DNA of 64,000 bases from Tubiluchus corallicola (lineage: Eukaryota; Animalia; Priapulida). Position 1 is the stretch's first letter, and each line of letters opens with the position of its first letter. Location of the stretch: contig JAQGDQ010000502.1 in assembly GCA_030141605.1 (NCBI GenBank), positions 62,001 to 126,000 on the forward strand. The letters are read 5' to 3'. The position numbers and the translations under genes were made by a program. This document shows positions 1 through 12,400 of this stretch, in pieces. Below the pieces are notes generated by a model. That model searched no databases. It was not told where the DNA came from and saw only the letters and a list, made by a program, of their open reading frames with translations.

Positions 1-924
1 TTAATAGAGTGTGAATCAACATAGTTTTATTTTTCATTAATTTCATTATTTTCATTAACATTTACACAAATGGCCAGATGTCAAACAAAGAAAGTTATCT
101 TGAATTACAGAAAACATACTTATAAATTATAGATACTGGGTACTACAAATTTCATTATACAGCTTCTGACAGTTTCTAAGTTGTAAATAGACATTTGATC
201 TTAAACCGCCCACTCAATGTCACTGAGTATCTCACCAAAACCTATCTCCATATACTACAATAAGTTACCTATAACTGGCTTTGGCAAATAAGCTTCATTG
301 GCTCAAACATCTACTCCTCTGATTAGTCTACTAACTGGGTATTCTACTAGTCATTGACTAAACTGGAATATAATTGGCTATTGTGACTAAACTCCTTACA
401 TTTCTTGACTTTTAGTCTCTGAGAGTTTCGTGTTCATTCAATGACTCACATTACTCCTGTGGTGACAAGCTCAATGTAAAGTCTACACTACCGTAATTAT
501 TTACTAGCACAAGACTTTTTTGACAACACATGTGCAAAAGATGTCCCAGAATATGAACAGTATGACGTTGTATTATGTTTGCAAAAGCTGGATAAAATTT
601 ATTATGCAACCTACAAATGGTTCACATAAACAAGTTACTGGCTTACTGCACCATCATTTTTCATGTCCGGATTTATTTAAATTTGCGTGTTCATCGATTT
701 CATTGTAGATATTCTAATAATCACCGCCACAGTGGAAATGTGATGTCCCTTACATGGGTTATGCCATCTATTTTTGTCTTAGATTTTATCCACATAATCT
801 AAACTAAATTAAACACTAACGAAAATTTGTTCACATTAATTTGTTCCCATCTTAAAACAATGCCATCACTCATCAAGGGTGAAATGCCCTTTACTGTCTG
901 AGAAACACTTATATCATAATTTAC

Positions 925-1609
925 CTGTGGTAAAACATACGTCGTGGTGTCTGCATCACCCATCCCGTGTCTTTAACGGCTATGCCCAAAAGTTCTAAAT
1001 TTCTTGGATTTCTATTCACAAAATCGGGGTTGACATTGTCATTGTCTAGTAGCTTATCTGCTGACTGTGCCAGCTTAAGATCGTCTGCAGAAGTAACACT
1101 CTGTGATGAAGTCTCGCATTGTTGTGAAGATAATATTGTTGCCCTTAACAATGATATTTTGCGAAAAGAACTTGGAATAGCTACAAGAAATAATTATTAT
1201 CAATAGTAAGTTAAATTTAATAAATCATGGTTTCGAAAATGTCGTAAATAATACATTGTTACATACATTACAATACAAGCTATTACTACTACAAAACCAA
1301 ACAAAAGTTTCACCAGATATTCATCATGCCTATATTGCTATTTTGGGGCATTGTGTGAAAAGTAACAGATAACATTTAACGGTCCAACTTCTGAGAGTCA
1401 GTGATTGTTATTAATTATTAATTTACACTGCATGCATATGCAGAACACGTTTATGTATCACTAATGTTACTGTCACAAACTCTGCGACAAAAAGCTTCAG
1501 ATAATGCACATAGGTAATATTTTTTATTTAACATAATTACCATCGACTAGAATGTAGTCATACATCAACCCTAATTACGGTGCTTACCTCTTTTGGTATG
1601 ACTCAACAT
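925..1609 (-). CDS. MRPL18: Mitochondrial ribosomal protein L18, first two coding exons (1609-1588, 1180-925); no further exons recognised, gene probably continues beyond the window start
   Basis: The spliced frame reads MLSHTKR/AIPSSFRKISLLRATILSS...NPDFVNRNPRNLELLGIAVKDTGW...FYHR. NRNPRNLELL is the MRPL18 signature, the N-terminus resembles a mitochondrial presequence, and the GT-AG sites have matching phase. Confidence 0.85.
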
Positions 1610-4600
1610 AGTCTTAAATAGTCAGCACTTAGTTCAGAACACATAACACTACTAGACTCAGTAACACTACAAAAAATAAACCGAATTTAAAAATAAGCTA
1701 AAATCACGAGCTTAAACTGTGTTGTTTCTCAGTTTTTCTGAATACTGACACGCTCTTGTCGCTCTGTTTTTGAACCTGCAGTACGGGATATCTACGCTAG
1801 AGATCAGGGCGCAGTTTTGGCAAATCAATTTGCAGCTACAAGCACGACCGTATTCCCTTTGAGGTAAAGAATGTAGAAAGGAACCTTCTAACTCTATCTG
1901 GGTAGAATCATTATAGCTAATAAAACGTAGACATATGTAGTAAAAAGGAATGCTTATTATATTCTTCATTAGTAATCGAATATTATGCAAAGTTAAAAAA
2001 TGTGCAGTCCAACTAATGTGTTCACCAGTGTTGACAAAATACACGCATCATTGAAGTTGACCATAACTATTGATACTTTTATAGGAGTTTGCTAAATTAG
2101 TAGTTGTTAAAAGTACACTAACTTAAGGTTCATAATATATATAGCTGCATAAGCTACATAGCAAAACTAGCCACCATAATAATTGTATACATAACATTTT
2201 ATGATTCATCTAGTAACATCTGCTGACAAGAAAAAGCACGATAGGTTGAACCCCTTTAATTTCCTGAAGCAAAATGACAAACTTCAAAGTGAGGATGTCA
2301 ATCTTTCGAAAATGACAAAGACAGAGTGAAAATGAGGGAGGAAGAGAAGAGAGCAAGAAAAGAAAACAGGACATTAAAACATGGCCTGATAATAAATTAA
2401 TGAAAGCAGAAAAACTAATCTCACATCAGAGCATAATTACAAACCCTGAAATGCTACAGTGCAAAACAGGCTGGAGTGGTATTATAGGCTACCAATATAT
2501 GTTTGCAACATAGTCATGCCTACATGTAACCATCGTCATGTACTAACAGTGGTGGGTAGTAAAGAGTATTAGTAATACGTTACTGTAATCAGAGTACTTT
2601 TTACAGTAAGTAGTAGATAATGTAATGCATTTTAGATTAATTTGTTTAGTTGCCTTGCTTAACTGTACCTACCACACTGCATCTGCACAAAGGTTTACTA
2701 CTACAGTCTGCAACATTGTGTGTATTAGCTAACGCGTACATTCAACACATTATCCGTATTATCAATGTATGTAAGCCGTGCATTCTTTACTGCTGTAGCA
2801 GTTCCGATATAGTTTATTTTACTGCGAAATAAATACAGATTGCACGATTCCTATACAGCATTTAAAATTTAACATCCAATTACACAATCTTAACAGCGGA
2901 CATGTAATACCCAACATAGTACACGTTGTATACAAGGGAGGGTAAGAAATAAAATAAATAAGTCAGAAAATGCATCCCTACAACATGTTGTTTCTACTTC
3001 CTTTGTAAGACAGAAGTTTTGGGTAACATAACAAACAGAATATGGGCGAACCAACATCTGGTGTCTGCATGACTCTTAACAACAAAAATCTGTAACTGGG
3101 ATATTACAGGTTTATTTGTCTTTCTGAATAGTAGTTACATTAGTAATAACTGGTACACTCTTACATACAAATGCACACCCCACAGTAACTACAACACATA
3201 TACAAAAAAAGATTTTAAAACCACAAAATTATTTCTGGTTGCATACGACCATCTTCATATTTTCCATTTAACAAGTTTTAAGTTTTAATATTTGTAAATA
3301 CCTGAAAAATAGCAAAGAAATATGAAACTGAAACTTTAGTTACTGAACTCCCTATTTATATGAAAAATATTTTGTTCTCATTGAACACTTTTCAGAATTG
3401 CATGCCAGTATGATTACTTTGTTCATCTCAATGTTAGTTTCAATAAACCATCCTTAATTACTACTTTATGCAAACAGCTGTTCCAATATAAAAACATGTT
3501 ATTAATTCCCTTACTGATGTGATCTTTGTACAATGTTTATTATTAAAAGTCTTACACATCTTTAGATTTTGAAATATATTTATTTCTCCACTTAGCACTA
3601 CAATATAACAATGATCACAATACTTTATTGACAGTGTTAACATTGTAACACAGTGCTACAAGTATAACACTTCACTTCTTTGTCCACAACAAGTATAAGT
3701 AAATAGATGACAACCATAAACAATAAATTGAAAAGATTCCTGACAGATTTATACATAATTCAGAAAAGCATACAAACTTTACATGACTCTGCAGATGTTT
3801 GTTGGGCCATCAACAAAAACAAAAAAGTCGGCTTATCTTGTGTGGCATGAGAAATTGCTGCGCTGTTGCATTGTGTACCATGGGTGACCAATGCGCTGTA
3901 GGTAATTAGCGCAGAATGCATTTTTTTGCACTTTTGATCACTTACCCACCTTAATGAATTTTCCAGCTCCATTAGAAGCATAGAGAGACATAAACCTATT
4001 TAACACTTCCTACAAGGGGATGTTCGAACAGAATGTCGCACTGCCAGGCTTGTCGTCAATTTAGGAGTTACATTTTCTGCAGAAAAGAGAACAACGGGAC
4101 TTATACATGAAATACCCCACAAGTTGACCAATGCAAAAACACTGATAGTACAATAATGCACATGTTTATTTATTAAAAGCTCATAAATGACATCAGAGTG
4201 CTACGCATATAGGTGAGTCGAGAAATAATTTGAAAAAATAACCTACATTTCACCTATTGATGCTGAAATAATTTTTGCCTGCTGACTGTAATGTTTAGGA
4301 GCTCATTACCACCTCTACAGGAATAAGAAACAGCCTTCTACAATCAATTGTTTCTTATAAAAGACCATACAATTGTAAAAAGTACAAGTCAAATTTTCGA
4401 ACAAATGATAAGTATGCCACCATATAAAATTCATAATTCCCCTTAAAGTGCTATGTTGACTTTGTCAACTATGCCTGACTCAGATATAAAAACCCATTTT
4501 GCATAAAACGGAATTCTGACATTCCATTTATGAAAATAACAAATTAAATCCTAGTGTTCTACAAACTTGCTAAATAAATAATAGGTAGGTCATGACTAGC

Positions 4601-5152
4601 ATCACTTGTAATTTATTACTATGTTCCATTCTGCATTGATCCACAGAACTTTTATACAAAGTGTATGCTTGCATACACACACACACACACACGCTAAAGT
4701 TTTTCTGTAATTATTTCAACATGATAATAGACAAACGACGATTAACGAACACTCTTAACTACAACCAAACCTCGTTATACCGCCAAACTCGTTTACCACT
4801 TGCAAAATGGCCAGGAATGAAACAGCTGTATTCAACTGTATATAAAAATAACCTGTTATACCACCACCCATTTCCCATCATCCACACACAAATTAATGTA
4901 TGTGCTCAGTGGAGACATACCGCCAGTAGTCAAGTGTCTCAACTAACGCCAGCAGCTTCTTCATATACTGCCCACTGTACGAATCTGCTACATGTACAGC
5001 TGAGTTGTAGACACTAGCTAGACATTACATGTTGTATAAAAGAATGCATGTCATCATGTTTTGATTACTTGCAAGCTGTATCTTACATTGTATAATCACA
5101 ATGAATGCACCACGTACCGGTATGGAGTCATAACAGAAAATGACAAGAAAAG

Positions 5153-5797
5153 CAGTGGCGGATTATGATTTTATGGGCCTTAGGCTTGAGCTTGGAACGG
5201 GCCTTTTAAATGTTGCTACACTACTGAGCTGACGTGTTTTTGTGGAGCTCTCGTCGTTTGTAAGTTTGTTTAATTTTGTGAGTTTTTGCCCACCGATTGT
5301 GATAAAAATTACATCTTCTTCATCCTTGAGTTGTGGAGTAGGACTATATAAACACGATTACAGCTTGGTGAGTTTCTGGGCTAGATGTCAACTAAAATAA
5401 CCCAATCAGAAACTCTGAGTCAGATATGTTGAAAAAAATGGACTTTTCAGAAATTATAACTGACTTTGCCCCCAGAAAAATTCGGAAACTGAAATTTTGA
5501 ACTTAAACTTAAACTGTGTAAACGTGAATTGTGTAAACTTAAACTGTGTAAACGTGAATTGTGTAAACTTAAATTGTGTAAACTTGATTTGTGTAAACTT
5601 GATTTGTGTAAACCCGATTTGAAATATAGTGACTGACTTTTGAAAAAAAAAACTTTTTTCTATATTTGATTTTGGCGGGCCCCTTGCTCTTTTGTCAATT
5701 TATTTTTTTTACAAAAAAAAAATTTTTTCGTTTTATATTGCCGGGCCCCTTTTGATCCCGGGCCTTAGGCTTCAGCCTATAGGGCTATCCGCTACAG
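5153..5797 (+). mobile_element. Internally deleted hAT DNA transposon
   Basis: 8-bp TSD AAGAAAAG at 5145-5152 and 5798-5805. Termini are CAGTGGCGGAT and a degenerate ATCCGCTACAG. A transposase C-terminal remnant (..DMLKKMDFSEIITDFAPRKIRK..) lies near 5420-5500, with an internal minisatellite at ~5500-5615. Confidence 0.75.
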
Positions 5798-6222
5798 AAG
5801 AAAAGGCATGGCTTTTTTTCACCAGCGAGAAGGGTGATATTTGCTTGTTTGAGATATGAGAGGTAAGCAGTTGGCCTACAATCTTTTATATATGTAGCTG
5901 AGTACAGGACATGTTTATTACATAATCAAAAAGTTCTTAATAAAGTTGACTGACGTTGTGTTAGTCATTAATTCACAAAAGATTAATTTAATAATTTTCT
6001 TTTAATTCATTAACCTTTGCAGTGAAAATTGAGGACACTAGATTGTGTACACTCGTCTGACTGTTTTGTGATTTGTCTATGATTTGGCAAACTTGATTTG
6101 GCAAAATTTAATTGAAACACTTCGTTATAATGCCAAACTCGCTGTAACGCCAACTTTTTTCTGGTCCCAAAGTGGGCAGCATAAAGAGGTTTGACTATAA
6201 GCACACAAATCAACAATATTAA

Positions 6223-7533
6223 CTATTCCACTTTCTGGTGTATTTCTTCACGCCGCTGTCTTTCTTCATAAGCTTCTTCATCGTCATAGACCTCGGCACA
6301 GCAGATATTATAGCAGATGAAACTAAGAATCATGGTAGGTAGGCCAAGCAGGATGCACGTCACTAATGGCTGATTGGTGAACATTTTGTACAATGTGGAA
6401 TAGATTTCGAAAAACATACGAGAGATTTTGTGATACCACCAGTTTCCGCCTCTGCCCGCAATCGAACCATCTGCAACTTCGACGAGAAAAGCTTGTATTG
6501 CACTTTCGGACATTTCACTTATATTACCACGGAGTTCATAATACTGATAAGTTGTTGCATTTAAGACAATTAAGCCAGGAACAGGTACAAAGTGCATTAC
6601 TACAGAATTGACTAAATCACCTCCATCTACCCAGGCAAACTGGAACTGGTCTGGACTGTGCCTCCGATATTCAAATGCCAGATCTTTAGTCTTTCGATAA
6701 ACTTTTTTCTGGTCTTTATAAATCTGGTCCGTCAATGTCTTTTTAATCACCAAAATAGCCAAATTCTTTTTTGAATGAAGAAACTCATGAAAATTACCAC
6801 TCAATATTTCAGGAAACAAAAGTAAGCGTTCTTTCAAAATCCATTCCTCAACAGAAGCTTTTGACAATTGGTCTTCTGCTGCCGGGTACCAATAATAATT
6901 TTCATCTTTAAACACTAAAATGGTTGGAATTGTTGGTGTTGGTACTGACTTTGGTACTTTGTCTGAAGATATGTAATAAAAATAACTTTGAGACATTCGC
7001 TGTGTGGCAATTTCACTATAAATATCCCATAGTGGTCCTTTTTCTAACCCCACATAGAGGAAAAAATGTCCATCAACATGCTTATCTCGAGCTTCATCAA
7101 AGCCATCTCGGTCGTTTATTTTCCTCAAAGCAGGCCCCATTGCTCTGTAGGCAAAATCGACGAGTTCACTTTTTGTACGAGCTCCATGAAAATTGTACAC
7201 ATCCTCACCCTTTACAAAAAGAATAGTTGGAAAACCTCCTACACTGAAAGCTCTGGCAACATCTGTGTATTTCGTAGCGTCAACTTTAGCTACCCGAATG
7301 TCGCTATGATATAGCGTTTCACCAACCTGCTCGTATATCGGAGCAAGTGACTTACAATGTCCGCACCATGGTGCATAAAACTTTATTAACCACATCCCGT
7401 CGTTACGTATTGCTGGCTCGAGAAATTTACTATTAAGTTCCATCACAGTTGCTCTACTTCTGGCGTCCGCGAAAGACAACGCCAAAAAAATAACGAGAAA
7501 GTGTGAGCAGAGTGCGAAAATTGACTTCCCCAT
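6223..7533 (-). CDS. TMX3: Thioredoxin-related transmembrane protein 3 (protein disulfide isomerase), single exon
   Basis: Signal peptide from the ATG at 7533 (MGKSIFAL..). Also FYAPWCGHCK thioredoxin active site, further Trx-like domains, a C-terminal TM helix (PLVTCILLGLPTMILSFICY), an acidic tail and Lys at position -3. The ORF track extends upstream to a non-ATG codon at 7632. Confidence 0.9.
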   Translation of the reverse strand: MGKSIFALCSHFLVIFLALSFADARSRATVMELNSKFLEPAIRNDGMWLIKFYAPWCGHCKSLAPIYEQVGETLYHSDIRVAKVDATKYTDVARAFSVGGFPTILFVKGEDVYNFHGARTKSELVDFAYRAMGPALRKINDRDGFDEARDKHVDGHFFLYVGLEKGPLWDIYSEIATQRMSQSYFYYISSDKVPKSVPTPTIPTILVFKDENYYWYPAAEDQLSKASVEEWILKERLLLFPEILSGNFHEFLHSKKNLAILVIKKTLTDQIYKDQKKVYRKTKDLAFEYRRHSPDQFQFAWVDGGDLVNSVVMHFVPVPGLIVLNATTYQYYELRGNISEMSESAIQAFLVEVADGSIAGRGGNWWYHKISRMFFEIYSTLYKMFTNQPLVTCILLGLPTMILSFICYNICCAEVYDDEEAYEERQRREEIHQKVE

Positions 7534-9164
7534 AAAGCTTGTGGTACTTAAAAACTCAAAATTAAACGTTTGCAGTAAAATTGGTATTAAAAATTTGTAA
7601 AATAACATCAACTGAGCGCAGACATGTTTCACTCGGCTTCCTTTCTCTCAGTCCTAGAGTTTCACGTTTTCTTACGACCATTGTCAACGACTCCGACAGG
7701 AATAAAGCTTCTTAAAAAATAAAAAAGTAAAATGTTTATAATAAACATTACTATGCCAAAGGTCCAACATACATCTTATCTTGCACCTGCAAGTATAGTG
7801 CTGTTTAGGTATGGTATGCAAATATCATGGTAAGCAAATATCAAGATAACATAGCAAATTTATTAATAATTAAGACATGAGAATCAATTATTGTGATTTG
7901 TAATGAGCAATACAGTATATTATCATCGATTCCAATCAAATCATAACCTTAATTGTGAGGCCTGAACTGAACAATTGATGTGGGTCGAACGTTACTGAAG
8001 TGCAAGAGTTGCATAGATAAAATCATTTGGAAATTATAGATAATAGGAGCATGAGAAGATCGGATTTTTCATAATAATTTTAACTTTTTATAAAGTGATC
8101 ATTATAATATCAAGGAGGTTTAGCAATCAGCAAAACAACACGCGAAAGGAGGAAATGGACAGACACACCAAAGCCACCAATTAACAGAATTATCTACTTT
8201 CTTTTTCAGCTGCTTTCTGCTTCTATTTCTTTCTCCTTTAAATTATTTTTTCTTTTACTACATGTATTTTGATATTCTTCTTCTTCGTCTTCTGCTACAT
8301 CTTTAGCAGGTTTTTATCCATGCAAATCTTCATTGAATTGTTGTATGCCACATAGCCTTTCACAATAAATGCACGCATCACGATATCCCCCCCTTCCCAA
8401 CACACCGTGAACTCCATCAGGATGCACCAGGATCATATCAATATGCCTATTATGTGTTTGACAGGCAATACATACACAATCTTAAGGGTTTTGCCACTTT
8501 CAATTGTTGCCATTTTGAATTTGACCTCTGACAGCCCACATATGTCAAATCTGATTTTCCTCCACATCTAAAACGAAGCATTATGATATCACATACTGCG
8601 TTATAATATTCATAATTTTCGCAAAAATTGCACTATTTTTATTCTTATCAGCTGTACTAGGTACCAGTGCTGCGACAACATACTATAGGTACCAGTTCTG
8701 CCATAATCATTGAATCGTCGCATATACATGCTCTGTTCACTTTCAAACTTTCTGGTCTCCATTTTCAAAATTTGTCACAGAATCTCTTAAAAGATGGAAG
8801 CAAAGATGGAGACATAATTTTTGCAAAAGTATAGGACAACATCTAAATGTGGACTTGCCACAACATTGTGCCAGTAAGGCTGTAATATGCTGATCATAAT
8901 AACTCTTCATGTGTTGCAATTGCTTTTCAATATTCATACTCTCGTTGAAAACAGTAGGCTACACTACGAAACAGTTGCGAAACTGAAAGTCTGAGGCCAG
9001 ATTGCAACTTTTATTTGCAATGTCTGCGCGCTCTCATTGACACCAGTTATTTATAAACTTTTCAACTTTTACTTGCATTTCTTAATATGAAAATGTTAGA
9101 ATTTCTAATAATGTTCTGTTGGTATTTTCTTTATCTGTATCGATCCTTTGCGTCAGCGCTTACG

Positions 9165-9407
9165 TATGATTTTGACTAAAGTACTTTACAAGCAAGTCTG
9201 CAGGCGTATCCTTTTATGTGCACCTGAGCGTAAAAGAATTGCAAATACGTAAAGTGTAAATCGCGGTTTGTTGTATCCAGTGCTTACACGCATAATTTTG
9301 ACTAAAGTACTTTACCAGGAAGCCTGTAGGCATATTTAACAAGTATATTTTATGTGCACCTGAGCGTAAAAGAATTGCAAATACGTAAAGTGTAAATCGC
9401 GGTTTGT
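9165..9407. repeat. Tandem duplication (~125-bp unit) just upstream of the GTPase start codon
   Basis: TTTTGACTAAAGTACTTTAC...TATGTGCACCTGAGCGTAAAAGAATTGCAAATACGTAAAGTGTAAATCGCGGTTTGTT occurs twice (~9170-9272 and ~9296-9407). Confidence 0.85.
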
Positions 9408-9471
9408 TTTATTAGGAACAAAGAACGAGCTATACCAAAAAATTATAATTTACGGCGAATGTTATTAAAAA

Positions 9472-12400
9472 ATGGGAGAATTCTACAAACACCTTAAGTG
9501 TGTAATAGTCGGAGATGGGTGAGCGAACATAATTAAAATGTAGTTATTATAATTGTCATAAGATAGTGATCGTTCACACAAATTTAATGCGGTTTTCACC
9601 TAGCATCTCTAAGACAGCAATTAGTTCATAAACTGACAACATGTTTTCGATGTGACCAATAATAAATTAACGGAAAGAAGTCACGGAAAAAATAATAGTT
9701 TTGGCTAGGAAAAAAATCACAATTAATTTTGGTTTAGGGCGTAGGGTTAGGTTAGGGATTATGGTTAGGAAATTGGAGTTAGGGTTAGTGTTAATTTTTT
9801 CCTGCGCCTTTTCCTCTGACTTTTCACCTTTGACTTTTTTACCTGTGACTTTTTACCTGGATTCGTTTTTGATCATTATACGTTACATATATATATATAT
9901 ATATATTATATTATGTATACATATATTCACCACAGTCCATAGAGTCTTTGTTCGGATAGAAGTTGCTATCGTCCAGTCTGCCACAGGACGATTGGTGGTT
10001 TAAACATATTTGGCACTTATTGTAATCAGTCACTGAATGACGCCGGATACTGAAGTAGGGCGTTTTTGTTGTTAAACCAAAAATGTATCAAATACAACAA
10101 AAACATTAAATTTTGCTGTAACCTTCTATAATCATTTATGCTTTCGCCGTTTAAATGGAAAAAAGATTTTCAGTCTGGAACGATGTAAAGCGGCGGCAGA
10201 ATCTTTTCCTGTACGCAAAGCGACTCGGTCTGTGATACGCTCAGTGACATAAAAAACAGGATAAAATATCAAACATTTAAGTTTCTTTACAGATAGCATA
10301 AAGCAAGACACATAATTTTCAACACGGTCAATTGAATTGAAGGAAAGGCCTAGCCTTTGGATGTTAGAAGGATTAAGTGTGATAAGCGCATCGTGTAATT
10401 AGTAAAGTCTCAATCATTTCATACCTAGGCGTTCCCATTTTGACCTCCCATTCTTCTATCAATGATGTCGTTCATCGGTTGAAGAAAACAGCCTACTTTC
10501 GATTTTTGTTAAAAGTTTAACAAATTTTTGCAAAAAATTAGATATCTAATTTCGTGATATTTTTGCATGAACATCGGCCAAGCTGCAGAGGTCTGAAATA
10601 GTTTAAGTGATAACAGTAAAATAAGCGAATATGCCAAGTTGACTTGTCCTTACCTTTAATAGACGCAAGACGGGTAAAACAATGGACTTATTAATGAAGT
10701 TGATTTTATGAACTGTGAAAAATTTAAATCAGTCATAGTACAAGGTTGGCCCTAAAACGGGAACTCTTGGGATCTGAAAGCCTGAAACAATGTTGTGTTG
10801 CTGGCATTGAGTTAAGTTTGACGCTTTGCTTGGCCAGCAAACATTTAGCGACGTTTCATTTTTTTATTTGTAGTACCGTAGGAAAGACTTGTCTTGCAAT
10901 GAGCTTTGCGATGGATGCCTTCCCGGATGAATACGTCCCAACTGTGTAAGTGCTGATCACACATTGTCAAGGCAAAATGGAACAAATAGCTGCTATGAAA
11001 TAGTATTCATTCTTCTCCTCGAAAAATAAGTTAATAGTGTATAACAAGCTCGGAGATTTTTTGTAAAATGCACCCAGGATGTTTCAAAAGAAACATAGAA
11101 ACACATAAAACGTAGAAACAATAGTCGGATAGGAACATCTCAAGTAGAAGTATGTTGATACGCATATATAAAAATGTACGTATGTTAACCTACTTATATG
11201 GTATATGAGAAGTTGAATTATGCAAGTTAACATTGAATATTAAGAGGTGCTGAATCTTGTCATTAAGAATTGATCTTTGTCATTAAATTATTATAGTGTT
11301 TATGTTATCACGATGTGATAATGCAGAATTCTAGGTTGATTTCAGCCAAGATAAAGTCTTGTTCAAACCATTCACATTGATGAACTTGATCGTGTTTAAC
11401 TTAACGATGCACGTAATAACGTAGTTCTTTGTAGGCCTAACCTGAAGCGCGCATAAAGTTTCGCCTGGTAACCCGCCATTACGGATTCAGTTTAGCTTTC
11501 TGCTTTTGCGTGTATATCTCCAATTTGTAACACATCACTTTTCGTAATAGTGATATACAATTAGCCGCATCTCGTTGCGAATTGATCAACATAATTCACC
11601 ATGTCTTCTGCAATAGCCTGTAGTAGTTAAAACAATGGCGTAATTTCACAACTTTTTCTACCAATCATTGGACGAGCCAATTCCTGACGTTTTCTCCATT
11701 TCCCAAGAACATTTGCAAATTATCAAAATCAATGCAATTGATGGCTTAAGCAGTTTTCACTGTCCATCACAGGTAACCGTGTTTCCGTAAAGCTCTTAGT
11801 GCAATGTAGAAACACTGCCTATTTTTAGGCTGTCTATTCAATGACACCATCAGATGCCATTACTTCTCGAATGTGATGAGCTTACAGGTTTTTCATTTCG
11901 GTGTGCTCTGCTCATGTGGAAGCCGGAAATATCGTTTTCACTTGGCATTGCTGAACGCATTTAATCACGCAGTCTATCCAACACATTTCACTTGAGTATT
12001 TAAAATTACTCAGTTTTTAAACTTGCTCAGTATTTAACTATAAAGCAGGGTAGTGCAAAAGCAGGTTCACCGTTGCCATTACCATTTATTACGACAGTGA
12101 GAATATTTCAGCACAAAAATACAAACTATTAATTTCATAAGAGTCCAAAGTGTCACCCTACTTTTGCACCACCAGCAATGCAGGCTGTGCCCATCATTGG
12201 TGGGGTGTTCTTCCAGCAGAATTGCGTACCACTTCATTACACAATTCCTGCTCCCACTTTCCTCGATGTAACGTCCCAGTGAGCCAAATTGGGCTTAGTA
12301 ACATTGCATGGCCCTCTTATTCCCCAGACCTCGCGCACTTTCTTTTGCTGGGTGTGAAAACTACTCACTCGATCTGCCTCAGTTACTGTGGCATGTCAGG

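Noticed and set aside
1712-2044. 110-aa ORF upstream of MRPL18
   Set aside because: No recognisable motif, non-ATG start and no splice support; it overlaps the probable promoter region.
9730-9790. Interstitial telomere (TTAGGG-like motifs)
   Set aside because: There are only a few degenerate units inside what looks like a short repeat element; the accompanying 100-aa ORF is low-complexity.
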